Assembly (NCBI GenBank): GCA_965197425.1
Contig: CBDANC010000014.1
Location: forward strand, 192,001-256,000
Direction of reading: 5' to 3'
DNA length: 64,000 nt
From: Bdellovibrionales bacterium
GTDB taxonomy: Bacteria > Bdellovibrionota > Bdellovibrionia > Bdellovibrionales > JAUICD01
Part shown: piece after piece, positions 32,725 to 42,819 of the stretch
How positions within the stretch are numbered: the first letter of the stretch is position 1
How the letters are laid out: each line of letters starts with the position of its first letter
Notes under the pieces: model-generated
The model's input: only the letters and a program-made list of their open reading frames with translations
Told to the model about the DNA's origin: nothing
Databases searched by the model: none
Made by a program: the position numbers and the translations under genes

Positions 32725-33041
32725 TGAGGGCGATCCTTGTATTATTGATCCTGGCAATTTCTTCTTGTACATCTCCTGATTCTAAGAGGAATGTTTTGGA
32801 TTATGCCATTGCTAGGGCAGCCTTGAGAGCTGCTGTAGCTGGTGGAGCGGACTCAAAAGCAAGTGACACTTACCAACAAGCAGTGAATGCATATGAGTTA
32901 GGCGAAAAATACTATAAGAAGGGCAAATACTTAAGAGCAAATAGAGCGTTTAATAGAGCTAGAGCCGTAGCCGAAAAAGCCGAGGAACTTGCCAGGACTT
33001 CTGGCTCGTCAGGCGATGAAGGGGATGAGTTTTTACCATGA
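32721..33041 (+). CDS. Small helical lipoprotein (DUF4398-like)
   Basis: ISSC lipobox, Ala-rich helices. Confidence 0.65.
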   Translation: MMRAILVLLILAISSCTSPDSKRNVLDYAIARAALRAAVAGGADSKASDTYQQAVNAYELGEKYYKKGKYLRANRAFNRARAVAEKAEELARTSGSSGDEGDEFLP

Positions 33042-33643
33042 TAGTAAGAATCGTTTTTTTGTTATTGTTAGTTCCAACTATTTCTGGATGTCTTAAAACA
33101 AGATCTGATGTAGGTCAGTCTCATGATAATCAAATGGTAGAACAAAGACTTAATGTAGAAACTGTAGATAGCCTCAAAGCTAATTATAGTATAAAAATCA
33201 ATGAGTTGGAGTTAGAGCTACGACGGCTTAATGGAAAGTTAGAAGAACTGGAACACAAGTTAAGTGGTGGTGGAATGGGTAATAATGAGTTGATAAAACA
33301 AAACAGAATATTAATTTCATCAATTGTAGAGCTTAAATCCAGGTTGAGTGCTTTGGAGGGTGGACAAGGTAGACAGGTTCAAGAAACAAACAGCCCACTT
33401 TCTGGTGCTGAAGGGCTTTTCAGGCAAAAAAAATGGTCAGAAGCAATTATTGAATATGAGAAGTATAGAAGTGCTACCAACAAAAAAGATGATAGATGGG
33501 CGCAGGCCACTTATAAGATTGGCCTCTGCTTTCAAAACATGAATCTTCATAGAGAAGCTGAATCTTTTTATAAAGAGGTAATAGATCACAGCCCAGATAG
33601 TCCTGTTGCTGTAATGGCAAAAAAACAACTGCAAACACTTTAA
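33038..33643 (+). CDS. cpoB: CpoB/YbgF-like coiled-coil plus TPR protein
   Basis: Coiled coil followed by TPR (ATYKIGLCF...A..FYKEVI...P.S), downstream of pal. Confidence 0.75.
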   Translation: MIVRIVFLLLLVPTISGCLKTRSDVGQSHDNQMVEQRLNVETVDSLKANYSIKINELELELRRLNGKLEELEHKLSGGGMGNNELIKQNRILISSIVELKSRLSALEGGQGRQVQETNSPLSGAEGLFRQKKWSEAIIEYEKYRSATNKKDDRWAQATYKIGLCFQNMNLHREAESFYKEVIDHSPDSPVAVMAKKQLQTL

Positions 33644-33793
33644 TCAAACTGTCTTTACACTAACTGATAAAAACCTATAGAATTTTTAAGTATGAAACTA
33701 ATCAAACTTAGACATTGGCATTTTGAGCATTAATTAGTTATGATGTGCTAAGCTCCTGTAAGAGCTACAGTAGTAATTTTTCTTGGAGGTAAA

Positions 33794-34489
33794 GTGAAAT
33801 TTAACAGTATAAGTTTTCGTGTGGCATTATGTACCGCAATTTTGGGGTTTTCTGTAAGTTGTGGCAACACCGACCCATCCACATCCACTGCTGAAGGTGA
33901 TAACTGGACCGAGTTACCTTATGGTGTTAAGGCTTATGTAGCGCAACAGATCTGTAGTGGAAGAGAGGTAATTAGCTCTAGTCTGGCAGTTGATTTTCAA
34001 GATGCTCAATTAGCGGATGGCATAACTCCTGAGCAAATAGCTTCAAATCCGATTGATCTGTACTGTGGTGAAGATGAAGAAGATTGTCGCCAATATGAAA
34101 TAGCTCCAGGCAACAAAGCAAGCGTTTACTACCGTCAAGATAGTGAGTTACCTAATGCAAAGTTTTTTGACATTACTGAGCAAAACTTCGAAGTCAAACT
34201 TATTGCAAAAATTGAATTTATAAATGACCAAAATAATCTTCAAACATTACCACTGATTGATTCTGCTATAACAGTTAATTTTCCTAACACTGTTTGTGGT
34301 GACGGAAGAAATACTCAATGCGAGGACTTAAGTTCACATTGTCCAGAATCTCACAGATGTACTTTTGATTATGATGATTGTAGGTTAGAAAGCTCTACAT
34401 GCGCATCGGGTTATGAGGAGCGAGATATTGAAGATCAAGATGGTAGCTTATTTAATGGGCTAAGATGTGCTGAAGCAACTAGTAACTAA
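33794..34489 (+). CDS. Cys-rich lipoprotein, paralog 1 of 4
   Basis: GGAGG RBS, FSVSC lipobox, shared 10-Cys domain. Confidence 0.85.
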   Translation: MKFNSISFRVALCTAILGFSVSCGNTDPSTSTAEGDNWTELPYGVKAYVAQQICSGREVISSSLAVDFQDAQLADGITPEQIASNPIDLYCGEDEEDCRQYEIAPGNKASVYYRQDSELPNAKFFDITEQNFEVKLIAKIEFINDQNNLQTLPLIDSAITVNFPNTVCGDGRNTQCEDLSSHCPESHRCTFDYDDCRLESSTCASGYEERDIEDQDGSLFNGLRCAEATSN

Positions 34490-34515
34490 GACTAAACTCT
34501 TCGATTGAATACAGT

Positions 34516-34541
34516 AGCCTTTGTTTTTAAAAACAAAGGCT
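34516..34541. terminator. Perfect 26-bp palindrome, probable terminator hairpin
   Basis: AGCCTTTGTTTTT-AAAAACAAAGGCT, 26 nt after the stop codon of paralog 1. Confidence 0.6.
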
Positions 34542-34552
34542 GTTGGTTTATG

Positions 34553-34603
34553 GAATAAAGCAATAGTTAACTTGGTATACCAACTGTAAATCTTTCAAAA
34601 GAA
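34553..34603 (+). repeat. 51-bp intergenic direct repeat, copy 1
   Basis: GAATAAAGCAATAGTTAACTTGGTATACCAACTGTAAATCTTTCAAAAGAA. 3 mismatches to 36782-36832. Confidence 0.9.
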
Positions 34604-34761
34604 TTGTAAGGCTTACCCTCTTTCCTTTGGGTGTTGCACTGGAAGTGACTATGGAATCACTTTTGTAAGGACATAAAAAGAATTTTATCTTGTAAACGCA
34701 CAAAAATGCCAGTAATAGAGGCCAGCTAGTGTTTAGGTCAGGCATTTGCCTTGGAGGTATT

Positions 34762-35883
34762 ATGAGGATTTTTAAAAGTATAGGTTTTAAGTTTGTTCTA
34801 GGTATTTTGGTTTTGGGATTTTCTATGAGTTGCAGTGATGACGATGGCAACAACAAAACAAATACAGTAGCACCTGTTGTAACTGGTGACGCACCGGATG
34901 GTGATGATACCAGCTATACAACTACAGGTGTAGCACCTGTTGTAACTGGTGACGCACCGGATGGTGATGATACTAGAAATGGCTTTGATGATGTAGCAGA
35001 CCTTGAAGAGTGTACTGCGGCTCAGAAGGACGAGCTAGACAGGGCACTTGATACTGAAAACCCTGCAGCCGGTGGAATTGCTGGTATGAATGACCCTCTT
35101 TCAAGTCAGGCAGTACAATTTTGTGCTTCTACAGAAGATGAAGAAGCTTTTAGAGCCATTAGTGATAAAGGATTAGAAGAAGGCGACAATAGGGTTGGTT
35201 GTAAGTGGACCTTTCAAAACACCGTTCTCGATACGGAAGAGGTATACTACTGCAGGGCTGTTGCAGATGTTGATGCAACTGAAGATACGGATGTTGTAGC
35301 TGTGGATGAACCAGCTAGCTGGGGAGATTTACCTCACAATGTTAAAGCTTATGTACAGAAACAAACTTGTAGTGGTGGAAAAGTGTTAAACTCAGATTTG
35401 TATGTTAACTTTGAAGACGCCGAGCTAGCCGCTCCTGTAACCAGAATCTATTGTAATGATGAAGGCACACCTTGTTCTGAGTTTGCTTCGAATACAGAAG
35501 GGGTTTCTTTTGGTACATCACGATATGGCATGGGCAATATCGGAAGTGTTAGATTTGGAATAGATGATGTGGTTACAGATTTCAACGTTGAGCTCATAAC
35601 AAAGGCTAAAGTTACTGATGATCAGAACGAGGCACAAGAAGTATCACAGATTGATAGTTCTATAACAGTTAATTTCCCCAACAACCCTACTTGCGGTGTC
35701 GACGGCATAGGCAGCAACGTTGAATGTGATGAAAATCCATGTGTTGATGCTCCAGAATCCCATGTATGTACATTCCAATATTCCATCTGCAGTGTAGTAA
35801 GAACTAGTTGTTCAGATGGTTATACAAACACTACAGCAAATGAAACTGGTGAACAGTTTATGCAAGTGTATTGCACAAAATGA
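34762..35883 (+). CDS. Cys-rich lipoprotein, paralog 2 of 4
   Basis: GGAGG RBS before the ATG at 34762, FSMSC lipobox, duplicated VAPVVTGDAPDGDDT, extra 4-Cys segment, 10-Cys domain. Confidence 0.85.
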   Translation: MRIFKSIGFKFVLGILVLGFSMSCSDDDGNNKTNTVAPVVTGDAPDGDDTSYTTTGVAPVVTGDAPDGDDTRNGFDDVADLEECTAAQKDELDRALDTENPAAGGIAGMNDPLSSQAVQFCASTEDEEAFRAISDKGLEEGDNRVGCKWTFQNTVLDTEEVYYCRAVADVDATEDTDVVAVDEPASWGDLPHNVKAYVQKQTCSGGKVLNSDLYVNFEDAELAAPVTRIYCNDEGTPCSEFASNTEGVSFGTSRYGMGNIGSVRFGIDDVVTDFNVELITKAKVTDDQNEAQEVSQIDSSITVNFPNNPTCGVDGIGSNVECDENPCVDAPESHVCTFQYSICSVVRTSCSDGYTNTTANETGEQFMQVYCTK

Positions 35884-35921
35884 AGTAAACATAAATTTTA
35901 GTTTTTAGTAGAGGTATTTTA

Positions 35922-36752
35922 ATGAAGATTTACAAAACCATAAGTTTTAAGTTGGTTCTGTGTATTTTGTTTCTAGGGTTTTCTATCAGTTGTGGCGATG
36001 ATAATGGCAACAACAAAACTACGGGGTTAGCTCCTGTTGGAACTGTGGATTCACCTGATAGCGAAGATACAGTTGATGACACTGATGTAACAATTGCAGA
36101 TGTAACTGGTACAGTTGATGATGTAGCCGGTGAAGAAAGTGCTAGTACAACAACGAATTTCTCCAATGTAAAAGCTTATGTATCCAATCAAACCTGTAGT
36201 GGTAAAAGAGTATTGGATACTTGGGTTGAAGTTGATTTTTCAGAAATAAACTCAAAGGTATCTGAGGAAAATATAGTTGGTTATACATCACCTTACTGCG
36301 GAACCCAGAGATGCAGTGAAATGAACTTAGAAACCCATGGCATCAGTATGGGAAGCATAACATACGACAAAAGGAAGTTAGATAGTTTAGAATTTAGGTT
36401 GGGTGACAACCAAAGCTTTGAAGCAAGAATTTTACCAGTAGCACCTAAGGAGAATGAGCAGGGAAAAGTAAGGGATATAGCATATATTGGAGGTCCTGTG
36501 CGTGTTAATCTCCCTAACATTGGCTGTAATTCTGGCCTTGGTGATATTGAATGTGAACGCAACCCTTGTGTAAATACCCCACGCTCCCACTTGTGTACAT
36601 TTAATTATAAAAGATGCGAAGTTGCGAGGATAGGTTGTGCTCCTGGATACTTGAAACCTAGAGATGATGCTGTCACCCCCATTCTCCTCAGATTAAACGG
36701 TGGTACATTCGGTGGAAAAACATGTGTAAGGCCAGTAACTCCCATTGGGTAA
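35922..36752 (+). CDS. Cys-rich lipoprotein, paralog 3 of 4
   Basis: FSISC lipobox, D/T-rich linker, 10-Cys domain. Confidence 0.85.
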   Translation: MKIYKTISFKLVLCILFLGFSISCGDDNGNNKTTGLAPVGTVDSPDSEDTVDDTDVTIADVTGTVDDVAGEESASTTTNFSNVKAYVSNQTCSGKRVLDTWVEVDFSEINSKVSEENIVGYTSPYCGTQRCSEMNLETHGISMGSITYDKRKLDSLEFRLGDNQSFEARILPVAPKENEQGKVRDIAYIGGPVRVNLPNIGCNSGLGDIECERNPCVNTPRSHLCTFNYKRCEVARIGCAPGYLKPRDDAVTPILLRLNGGTFGGKTCVRPVTPIG

Positions 36753-36781
36753 TCTAATATACTGTAAAACGATGTTTTATA

Positions 36782-36832
36782 GAATAAAGCAATGGTTAAC
36801 TTAGTATACCGACTGTAAATCTTTCAAAAGAA
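36782..36832 (+). repeat. 51-bp intergenic direct repeat, copy 2
   Basis: GAATAAAGCAATGGTTAACTTAGTATACCGACTGTAAATCTTTCAAAAGAA. Confidence 0.9.
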
Positions 36833-36979
36833 GTTCCAATTTTAGGTTCACAATAATAAAAACATATTAAATACAGTTTAGAACACACACCCTAAGCACT
36901 GAGGATATTTGGTCTTGTGAGCAAATATAAATGCCACTATAATTAACAATCAATGTAAAACGATTAGGCCGGAGATAAA

Positions 36980-37948
36980 ATGAAAGTTTTTAAATTTTTG
37001 TATGTAAAACCTGTATTGTTAATTTTAGTTTTAAGCTTTTCTACAAGCTGTAGCACTGACAACACTGATGAAAAAACTGCTGAAACACCAGCAGTAGCTA
37101 ATGAAGAAACAGAAATGACCAATGACTTGGCTAACGGTGATACCAGTGAAGAGACACAAGTAACTAATGGGGAAGTAGCTAATGAGATAGTGTCAACCGT
37201 TCCCACTCTCACCGCAGGACCTGCTAATGGTTGGTTGGATTCAGAAGGTGAAGTAGAAGTTAACAACGATAATTCTAGTGAAAGTAGTACATGGAGTGAT
37301 CTACCCTACGGGGTTAGAACCTATGTTAGGGAACAGACCTGCAGTGGAGGAGAAGTAATTAGCTCTGATTTAGTAGTTGATTTTAAAGATGTGGAACTTG
37401 CTCCTAATGTAGCCATTAGTAATGCTTACAGCTTGCCTTATATTTACTGTAATGATGAAAACACATATTGTAGCAGCTTTAAAATAGAGGATGGTGCCAG
37501 GCTCGTGAACAACGAAAGAACCCACAGTAACACCTTAGGATGGGAGGTCCCGGTGCTGTTTTTTGATGATCTAAGAAATAGTGACTACAATGTAACTCTT
37601 ATACCAAAATTTAAACGCAGAGATCCTTTGGATGGTAACAAAGTAAAGGAAATATTATTTGTTGAAGGAAATATAACTGTTAACTTCCCCAATACAAAAA
37701 CTTGTGGCGATAATGTTGGTGATGTTAGATGTGAGATTGAAAATGAATGCATAAATGCCCCTGAGTCTCACATCTGTATCTTTGACTACAGTAAATGTAG
37801 TAGTGGAAGCTCAACATACTTACACACTATTTCATGCAATAAAGGTTATGTGGAAACCACAGACGACACAGTTGGTGTGTTTTTTGGGACCGAAACCAAA
37901 TCACCCAGATTAGCTAAAAGGTGTGTTAAAGAAAGTACACAACACTGA
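36980..37948 (+). CDS. Cys-rich lipoprotein, paralog 4 of 4
   Basis: FSTSC lipobox, E/T/N-rich linker, 10-Cys domain. Confidence 0.85.
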   Translation: MKVFKFLYVKPVLLILVLSFSTSCSTDNTDEKTAETPAVANEETEMTNDLANGDTSEETQVTNGEVANEIVSTVPTLTAGPANGWLDSEGEVEVNNDNSSESSTWSDLPYGVRTYVREQTCSGGEVISSDLVVDFKDVELAPNVAISNAYSLPYIYCNDENTYCSSFKIEDGARLVNNERTHSNTLGWEVPVLFFDDLRNSDYNVTLIPKFKRRDPLDGNKVKEILFVEGNITVNFPNTKTCGDNVGDVRCEIENECINAPESHICIFDYSKCSSGSSTYLHTISCNKGYVETTDDTVGVFFGTETKSPRLAKRCVKESTQH

Positions 37949-37993
37949 GAGACCATTGAAATAAACAACAGACTTACTCGTTTTTTCAGTGGC

Positions 37994-38146
37994 ACTACGT
38001 TCCCGATGGAACAAACCTCCTTGTTTTTTACCTCATTAAGCTCACCTTAAGCAATGGTGTTGGCCGTGAGGTCCACCAGGAAGGAGCCACTCGGCAAAAA
38101 AAAGTAGGCAAAGCCTCCTTGTTTTTTTACCTCATTAAGCTCACCT
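37994..38146 (+). repeat. Dispersed repeat family, tandem copies between convergent genes
   Basis: CCTCCTTGTTTTTT(T)ACCTCATTAAGCTCACCTT at 38016-38048 and 38114-38146; CCACTCGGC-A8-GTAGGC-AAA-GCCT hairpin; inverted GGAACGTAG near 37995-38003. Confidence 0.8.
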
Positions 38147-39036
38147 TTATAATTGATAAGATCTCATTATATTGCCTAGAATTTTATCTAACAAAGGCAC
38201 CGCTAAAAAAACCAACAGGCTTAAGTTTACTTTTATAAAAAACTTAAACCAATATTTAGAAATATCAGATAAGAAAAATCTAAAAAATTCAAATAACATC
38301 AACAACACACACGGAATTACAAGTACTAAATAAAAAAATCTAGTCTGCACAAACAAAGGAGAAAGAGCAGCTAAAGAAAGATAAGCAAACATATATAGGC
38401 CTATTTGATACTTAGTGAAAATCTCACCAAATTTAATAGGTAAAACAGGAACCCCTCCTTTTTTGTAATCTTCTCTATAACGAAGTGCCAAAGACCAAAA
38501 GTGTGGCATCTGCCACAAAAACATAATCAAAAATAATACACTATATCAGGGCTAAATAAACTAGAACTTTCATAAGCACAATACCCTATCACAACAGGCA
38601 TTGCTCCAGGTATAGCCCCAGGAACAGCAGCAAATGAAAGCTTGGGCTTAAACCACATAGTATATGCTCCATTATACATTAACACCGTTGCCATCCCTAA
38701 CAAGGAAGCCTTGATACTAACAACACTAAGAAAAAATAAGCCAAAACATAAAAGGGCAAGGCTTAATCTAAACCCAAAAATCCACGAAATTTTTCCAGCA
38801 GGAATTGGCCTTAAAGCAGTTCTGCGCATGCTAGCATCCAACTCTACCTCTTGCACTTGGTTTAAAGCACAACTGCCTGAAGCTAGCAGAATAAATCCAA
38901 CAGAAAATAACAGAAAATTTGAAACACTAAAGTTATTAAAGGTATCATGGCTAAACAAGTACCCAATAAGAGCAGAAAAATAAGACAACATTACTATGTT
39001 GAACTTAGTAAAGCACATCAAAGTTTTAATCATCAC
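38147..39036 (-). pseudogene. cyoE: Protoheme IX farnesyltransferase (heme O synthase), split by a 1-nt frameshift at ~38527-38535
   Basis: N-terminal ORF has ALNQ..E..LD..M.RT..RPIP.G and GAIPGAMP. C-terminal ORF starts [12 protein letters not shown]. One added T restores a single frame. Confidence 0.85.
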
Positions 39037-39350
39037 TCACTGCCAAATAGGTTGATCATATAATCTCTGGTAAATACATCAATGGAGCTTAAGGTAAAAA
39101 ACACAACCAAAAAGAAAAAAGCACTAAAGAAAGTAATTCTGTTCAAGGTACTCTCATACTTCTGATGCATAAAATACAAAATAACAATCATTGCCTTAAT
39201 AGAAGCAATTAGCATAGCTACCAGCACATTTATTATATTTAAGCCTAGATCAATTCTGGAAATCCATACTGTCATTACAGTCAAAATGACAAGTGAAATA
39301 TAAACAATTAAATAAACTCTAAATGGTGTTATGTGGTGAGTTTTTTCCAA
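39033..39350 (-). CDS. Cytochrome c oxidase subunit IV
   Basis: IASIKA.IVILYFMH.KY, three TM helices. Confidence 0.9.
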   Translation of the reverse strand: MEKTHHITPFRVYLIVYISLVILTVMTVWISRIDLGLNIINVLVAMLIASIKAMIVILYFMHQKYESTLNRITFFSAFFFLVVFFTLSSIDVFTRDYMINLFGSE

Positions 39351-39409
39351 ATAAAACCTCCCTTAAAAGTCTATCTAATGAAGTTAAAAACAAGTGTACT
39401 TGTTCAATC

Positions 39410-39529
39410 AAGGTCTTCCAACGGGACCAACAAGGTGAACTCCGTTTGCCTTTTGGCCAAGTGGTTGCCCAGCTCTGTTTGTAGAATACAACTCCAGTTG
39501 CTTTTTTAGCCAAATGATTGTCCAGCTCT
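39410..39529 (-). repeat. Dispersed repeat family, 1.5 tandem copies inside the oxidase operon
   Basis: Reverse complement AGAGCTGGACAATCATTTGGC... then AGAGCTGGGCAACCACTTGGCCAAAAGGCAAAC-GGA-GTTCACCTT-G-TTGGTCCCGTTGGAAGACCTT. Confidence 0.8.
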
Positions 39530-39552
39530 TTATGTGTCATACAACCCCCCCC

Positions 39553-40203
39553 CTATACCAAATACAAAAGTGGAAACAAATAAATCCAAATTAAATCCAC
39601 AATATGCCAAAATAATCCTACACCCTCAACAGCAGTATAATAGTTAGGATTAAATTCGCCCTTATAATGGCGATAAGTAACCCAAGATATTAAACCCATA
39701 CCAGCCAACACATGTATTCCATGAAGGCCTGTCATACAAAAATAAAAACTAAAAAACAGTGCTAGGTTTTTTACCTCTGTATCACCTTGAAAGGCAAACT
39801 CAGAACCAGGAAATAATCCTAAGTGAAATTTATGGCTGTACTCAAAGTATTTAATTACCATAAATACAGCTCCACATAACACAGTAATAATTAAACTCCA
39901 AAAAGCTGCATCTCTTTTGTCAGTTTGTATATAATGTATTCCCAAAGCCATTGTTAAAGAACTGGTCAACAAGACAACAGTATTTATAGCCCCAAGCTTC
40001 CAATCTAAAAACTTGGCTCCCTCGGTAAAAACCTCTGGATATAAATTGTTAAATATGGCAAAGGCAACAAACAACCCACCAAACATTAATATCTCTGTGA
40101 CCATAAAGATCCAAACACCAAACTTTGAAGTTTTATACTCCTGAGCAACACTATCAAAGTGATGAGCCTGAGTATAAGGCTTTGAGGCTTTAACGATACT
40201 CAT
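39553..40203 (-). CDS. coxC: Cytochrome c oxidase subunit III
   Basis: [31 protein letters not shown]. Confidence 0.95.
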   Translation of the reverse strand: MSIVKASKPYTQAHHFDSVAQEYKTSKFGVWIFMVTEILMFGGLFVAFAIFNNLYPEVFTEGAKFLDWKLGAINTVVLLTSSLTMALGIHYIQTDKRDAAFWSLIITVLCGAVFMVIKYFEYSHKFHLGLFPGSEFAFQGDTEVKNLALFFSFYFCMTGLHGIHVLAGMGLISWVTYRHYKGEFNPNYYTAVEGVGLFWHIVDLIWIYLFPLLYLV

Positions 40204-41761
40204 AAGGACCCTCTGTTACAGTTGGAATTTCTAGAAAGTTTTCATGTGGCGGAGGAGATGATGTCTTCCACTCCAAAGTTTTACCACCCCAAGGATTATC
40301 TCCAGCTTTCTTCTTAGAATAAAAACCACCTATTACACAATACAATACAAAAAACAGACCAAGACCAATCATCCAAGATCCAATTGTAGAAACCATGTTC
40401 AAAGTAGCAAACTCTGGGATATAATCATGATACCTTCTAGGCATTCCTAAATTACCCAGGATAAACTGAGGGAAAAAGGTGACATTAAAACCTATGAATA
40501 TAAAAAACCATGACAGTTTGCCAATAAATTCATTGTACATTTTGCCAAACATTTTAGGATACCAATAAAGTATTCCACCCATAAGAGCCATAATAGTTCC
40601 ACCAACCATAACATAATGAAAATGAGCAACCACAAAATAAGTATCATGTAAGTGCATGTCTATAGCTATTGTGGCCAAGTATATCCCTGTTAAACCACCA
40701 ATAGTAAATATAAACAAAAATCCAATGGCATATAACATCGGTGAAGCTAATAAAATAGAACCTTTGTACATAGTCGAGACCCAGTTAAAACATTTTATTG
40801 CTGTGGGCACACCTACAAGCATAGTTAAAACCGAAAAGATCATAGTAGCTAACTCTGACTGACCACTAACATACATATGATGTCCCCAAACAAAAAAACT
40901 AATAACTGCTATTGCTACACTAGAAGCAGCAATGGCTTTATATCCAAAAATTGTTTTTCTAGAGAATGTTGTTATAAGTTCACTGATAATACCCATAGCT
41001 GGCAGAATCATAATATAAACTGCCGGGTGAGAATAAAACCAAAAGAAATGTTGAAATAGAATAGGGTCTCCACCCAGAGCAGGATCAAATATACCAATAC
41101 CAAAAGCCTTCTCCATCACTAACAACAGCAACGTTATGCCCAAAACAGGTGTAGCTAAAATCTGGATTACAGCAGTGGAATACAAACTCCAAACAAACAA
41201 AGGTAAACGTCCAAAGGTTAAACCTGGAGCTCTTAAATTATGTATTGTAGCTATAAAATTAAGTCCTGTTAAGACAGATGAAAATCCCGCTATGAAAGCA
41301 CCTAAGGTCACAAAAGTTACTCCAGCTTTGGAGCTAAGAGAACTATAGGGAGTATAAAAAGTCCAACCTGTATCTACACCACCAAAGAAAAGTGAAGCTA
41401 TAGCAACCACAGCACCTGTGACCAACAAATACCAACTAAGTAAATTTAACCTAGGAAAAGCCACATCCTTTGCACCCAAATGAAGAGGCAAAATAAAATT
41501 TCCTAAAAAAGCAGGTATTCCAGGAATAATAACCAAAAATACCATGATAGCTCCATGGTATGTCATAGCTTGGTTGTATTGATCAGGCGTAAGAAACTGC
41601 TGACCCGGCATCATCAACTCTAATCTAATTAAAAGAGCAAATAACCCTCCCAGAAGTAAAAAGAAAGAGATTGTAATAAAATACATAATCCCAATTCGCT
41701 TATGATCCAAGGTAGTCAACCAAGACCACAACCCTTTTTTATAATTAAGATAATCTGACAT
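40190..41761 (-). CDS. coxA: Cytochrome c oxidase subunit I (A2-type YS motif)
   Basis: [38 protein letters not shown]. Confidence 0.98.
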   Translation of the reverse strand: MSDYLNYKKGLWSWLTTLDHKRIGIMYFITISFFLLLGGLFALLIRLELMMPGQQFLTPDQYNQAMTYHGAIMVFLVIIPGIPAFLGNFILPLHLGAKDVAFPRLNLLSWYLLVTGAVVAIASLFFGGVDTGWTFYTPYSSLSSKAGVTFVTLGAFIAGFSSVLTGLNFIATIHNLRAPGLTFGRLPLFVWSLYSTAVIQILATPVLGITLLLLVMEKAFGIGIFDPALGGDPILFQHFFWFYSHPAVYIMILPAMGIISELITTFSRKTIFGYKAIAASSVAIAVISFFVWGHHMYVSGQSELATMIFSVLTMLVGVPTAIKCFNWVSTMYKGSILLASPMLYAIGFLFIFTIGGLTGIYLATIAIDMHLHDTYFVVAHFHYVMVGGTIMALMGGILYWYPKMFGKMYNEFIGKLSWFFIFIGFNVTFFPQFILGNLGMPRRYHDYIPEFATLNMVSTIGSWMIGLGLFFVLYCVIGGFYSKKKAGDNPWGGKTLEWKTSSPPPHENFLEIPTVTEGPYEYR

Positions 41762-41770
41762 AATTAATTC

Positions 41771-42739
41771 CTATTTAAGCGATTTAATATACTCAATGAC
41801 TTGTGTTACTTGCTCTTCACTCAAAGTACCTTGAAACATTGGCATCTGTCCCGAAGGAAAACCTTCTACCAACACAGCGTTGGGATTTAATATAGATTCC
41901 CTTATATAATTATCATCACCTGTGATTGTACTTCCATCTGCTAAAGCTCTTATACTTCCATACAAACCTTTAAAAGACGGGCCTATTACTTTAGAACCAT
42001 CAGTTGAGTGACAAACTATACATAAACTTTTGTATGTCCTCTCGCCCAACTCTACCAAAGTAAACCCTTTTGTTTCATCAGTATTGAGATATTCTATAAA
42101 AGATGGTTTCTCTACAACATTAACCCAACCAATCATCCCAGAGTGAGCTGTACCACAATATTCTGCACAAAAAATTCTGTACCTACCCACCTTGGTTGGC
42201 ACAAATGAAAGCTTTGTTATGTAACCAGGTACCACATCTTGCTTTATTCTAAAACTTGGAATAAAAAAACTGTGCAAGACATCTTTAGATCTCATGCTCA
42301 AAATAACTCTTTCATTCACCGGTACTGTCAACTCATTTGCAGCAGTTTTGCCATTTTCATATTGAATAGCCCATGCCCACTGAAATCCAGTAACATGAAT
42401 ATTAATAGCATCCTCAGGAAACTCTCTTGTGTTTTTATAAACAACCCAACCCCAATAAAAAATTCCCAAGAACGTAACAAACGGAATGAAACTCCAAATA
42501 AATTCCAAAATATTACTGCCTGGAAGATATTCTACCTTGTCCTGCTCCGTACGCCTTCGATACCTGATAATAAAATACACCATGGCACCCATAAGAATCA
42601 CAAACACCACAATGCTGATAAAAGTTAAAAAATTATACAATGTATCTACAGATACACTGACCTTTGAAGCCTGCACCGGTAAGAACGAAGATTCATTACC
42701 TAAAGCATTAGGCAAAATATTTTCTAATAAATTTAGCAT
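41771..42739 (-). CDS. coxB: Cytochrome c oxidase subunit II with fused cytochrome c (caa3-type)
   Basis: DVLHSF, CAEYCGTAHSGM (CuA site), C-terminal CIVCH and MP. Confidence 0.97.
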   Translation of the reverse strand: MLNLLENILPNALGNESSFLPVQASKVSVSVDTLYNFLTFISIVVFVILMGAMVYFIIRYRRRTEQDKVEYLPGSNILEFIWSFIPFVTFLGIFYWGWVVYKNTREFPEDAINIHVTGFQWAWAIQYENGKTAANELTVPVNERVILSMRSKDVLHSFFIPSFRIKQDVVPGYITKLSFVPTKVGRYRIFCAEYCGTAHSGMIGWVNVVEKPSFIEYLNTDETKGFTLVELGERTYKSLCIVCHSTDGSKVIGPSFKGLYGSIRALADGSTITGDDNYIRESILNPNAVLVEGFPSGQMPMFQGTLSEEQVTQVIEYIKSLK

Positions 42740-42819
42740 AGTATTGACCTAAAGGTTTCCTTTATTAAAATCTACCCACCTAATTTTCTTACCTGGCTTA
42801 ATTCCTACAAGCTTTAGGT

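Noticed and set aside
33644..33670. Sigma-28-like promoter TCAA-N15-ACTGATAA before the lipoprotein array
   Set aside because: Several mismatches in AT-rich DNA and no clear equivalent before the other paralogs. Too weak to call.
39410..39476. Integron attC sites (AAC...GTT ends, bulged G)
   Set aside because: The ends do not fit RYYYAAC/GTTRRRY pairing or spacing, copies do not delimit cassettes, and no integrase is present.
39319..39540. 73-aa ORF between oxidase subunits III and IV
   Set aside because: It is composed largely of the repeat element, overlaps subunit IV, and has no recognisable features.
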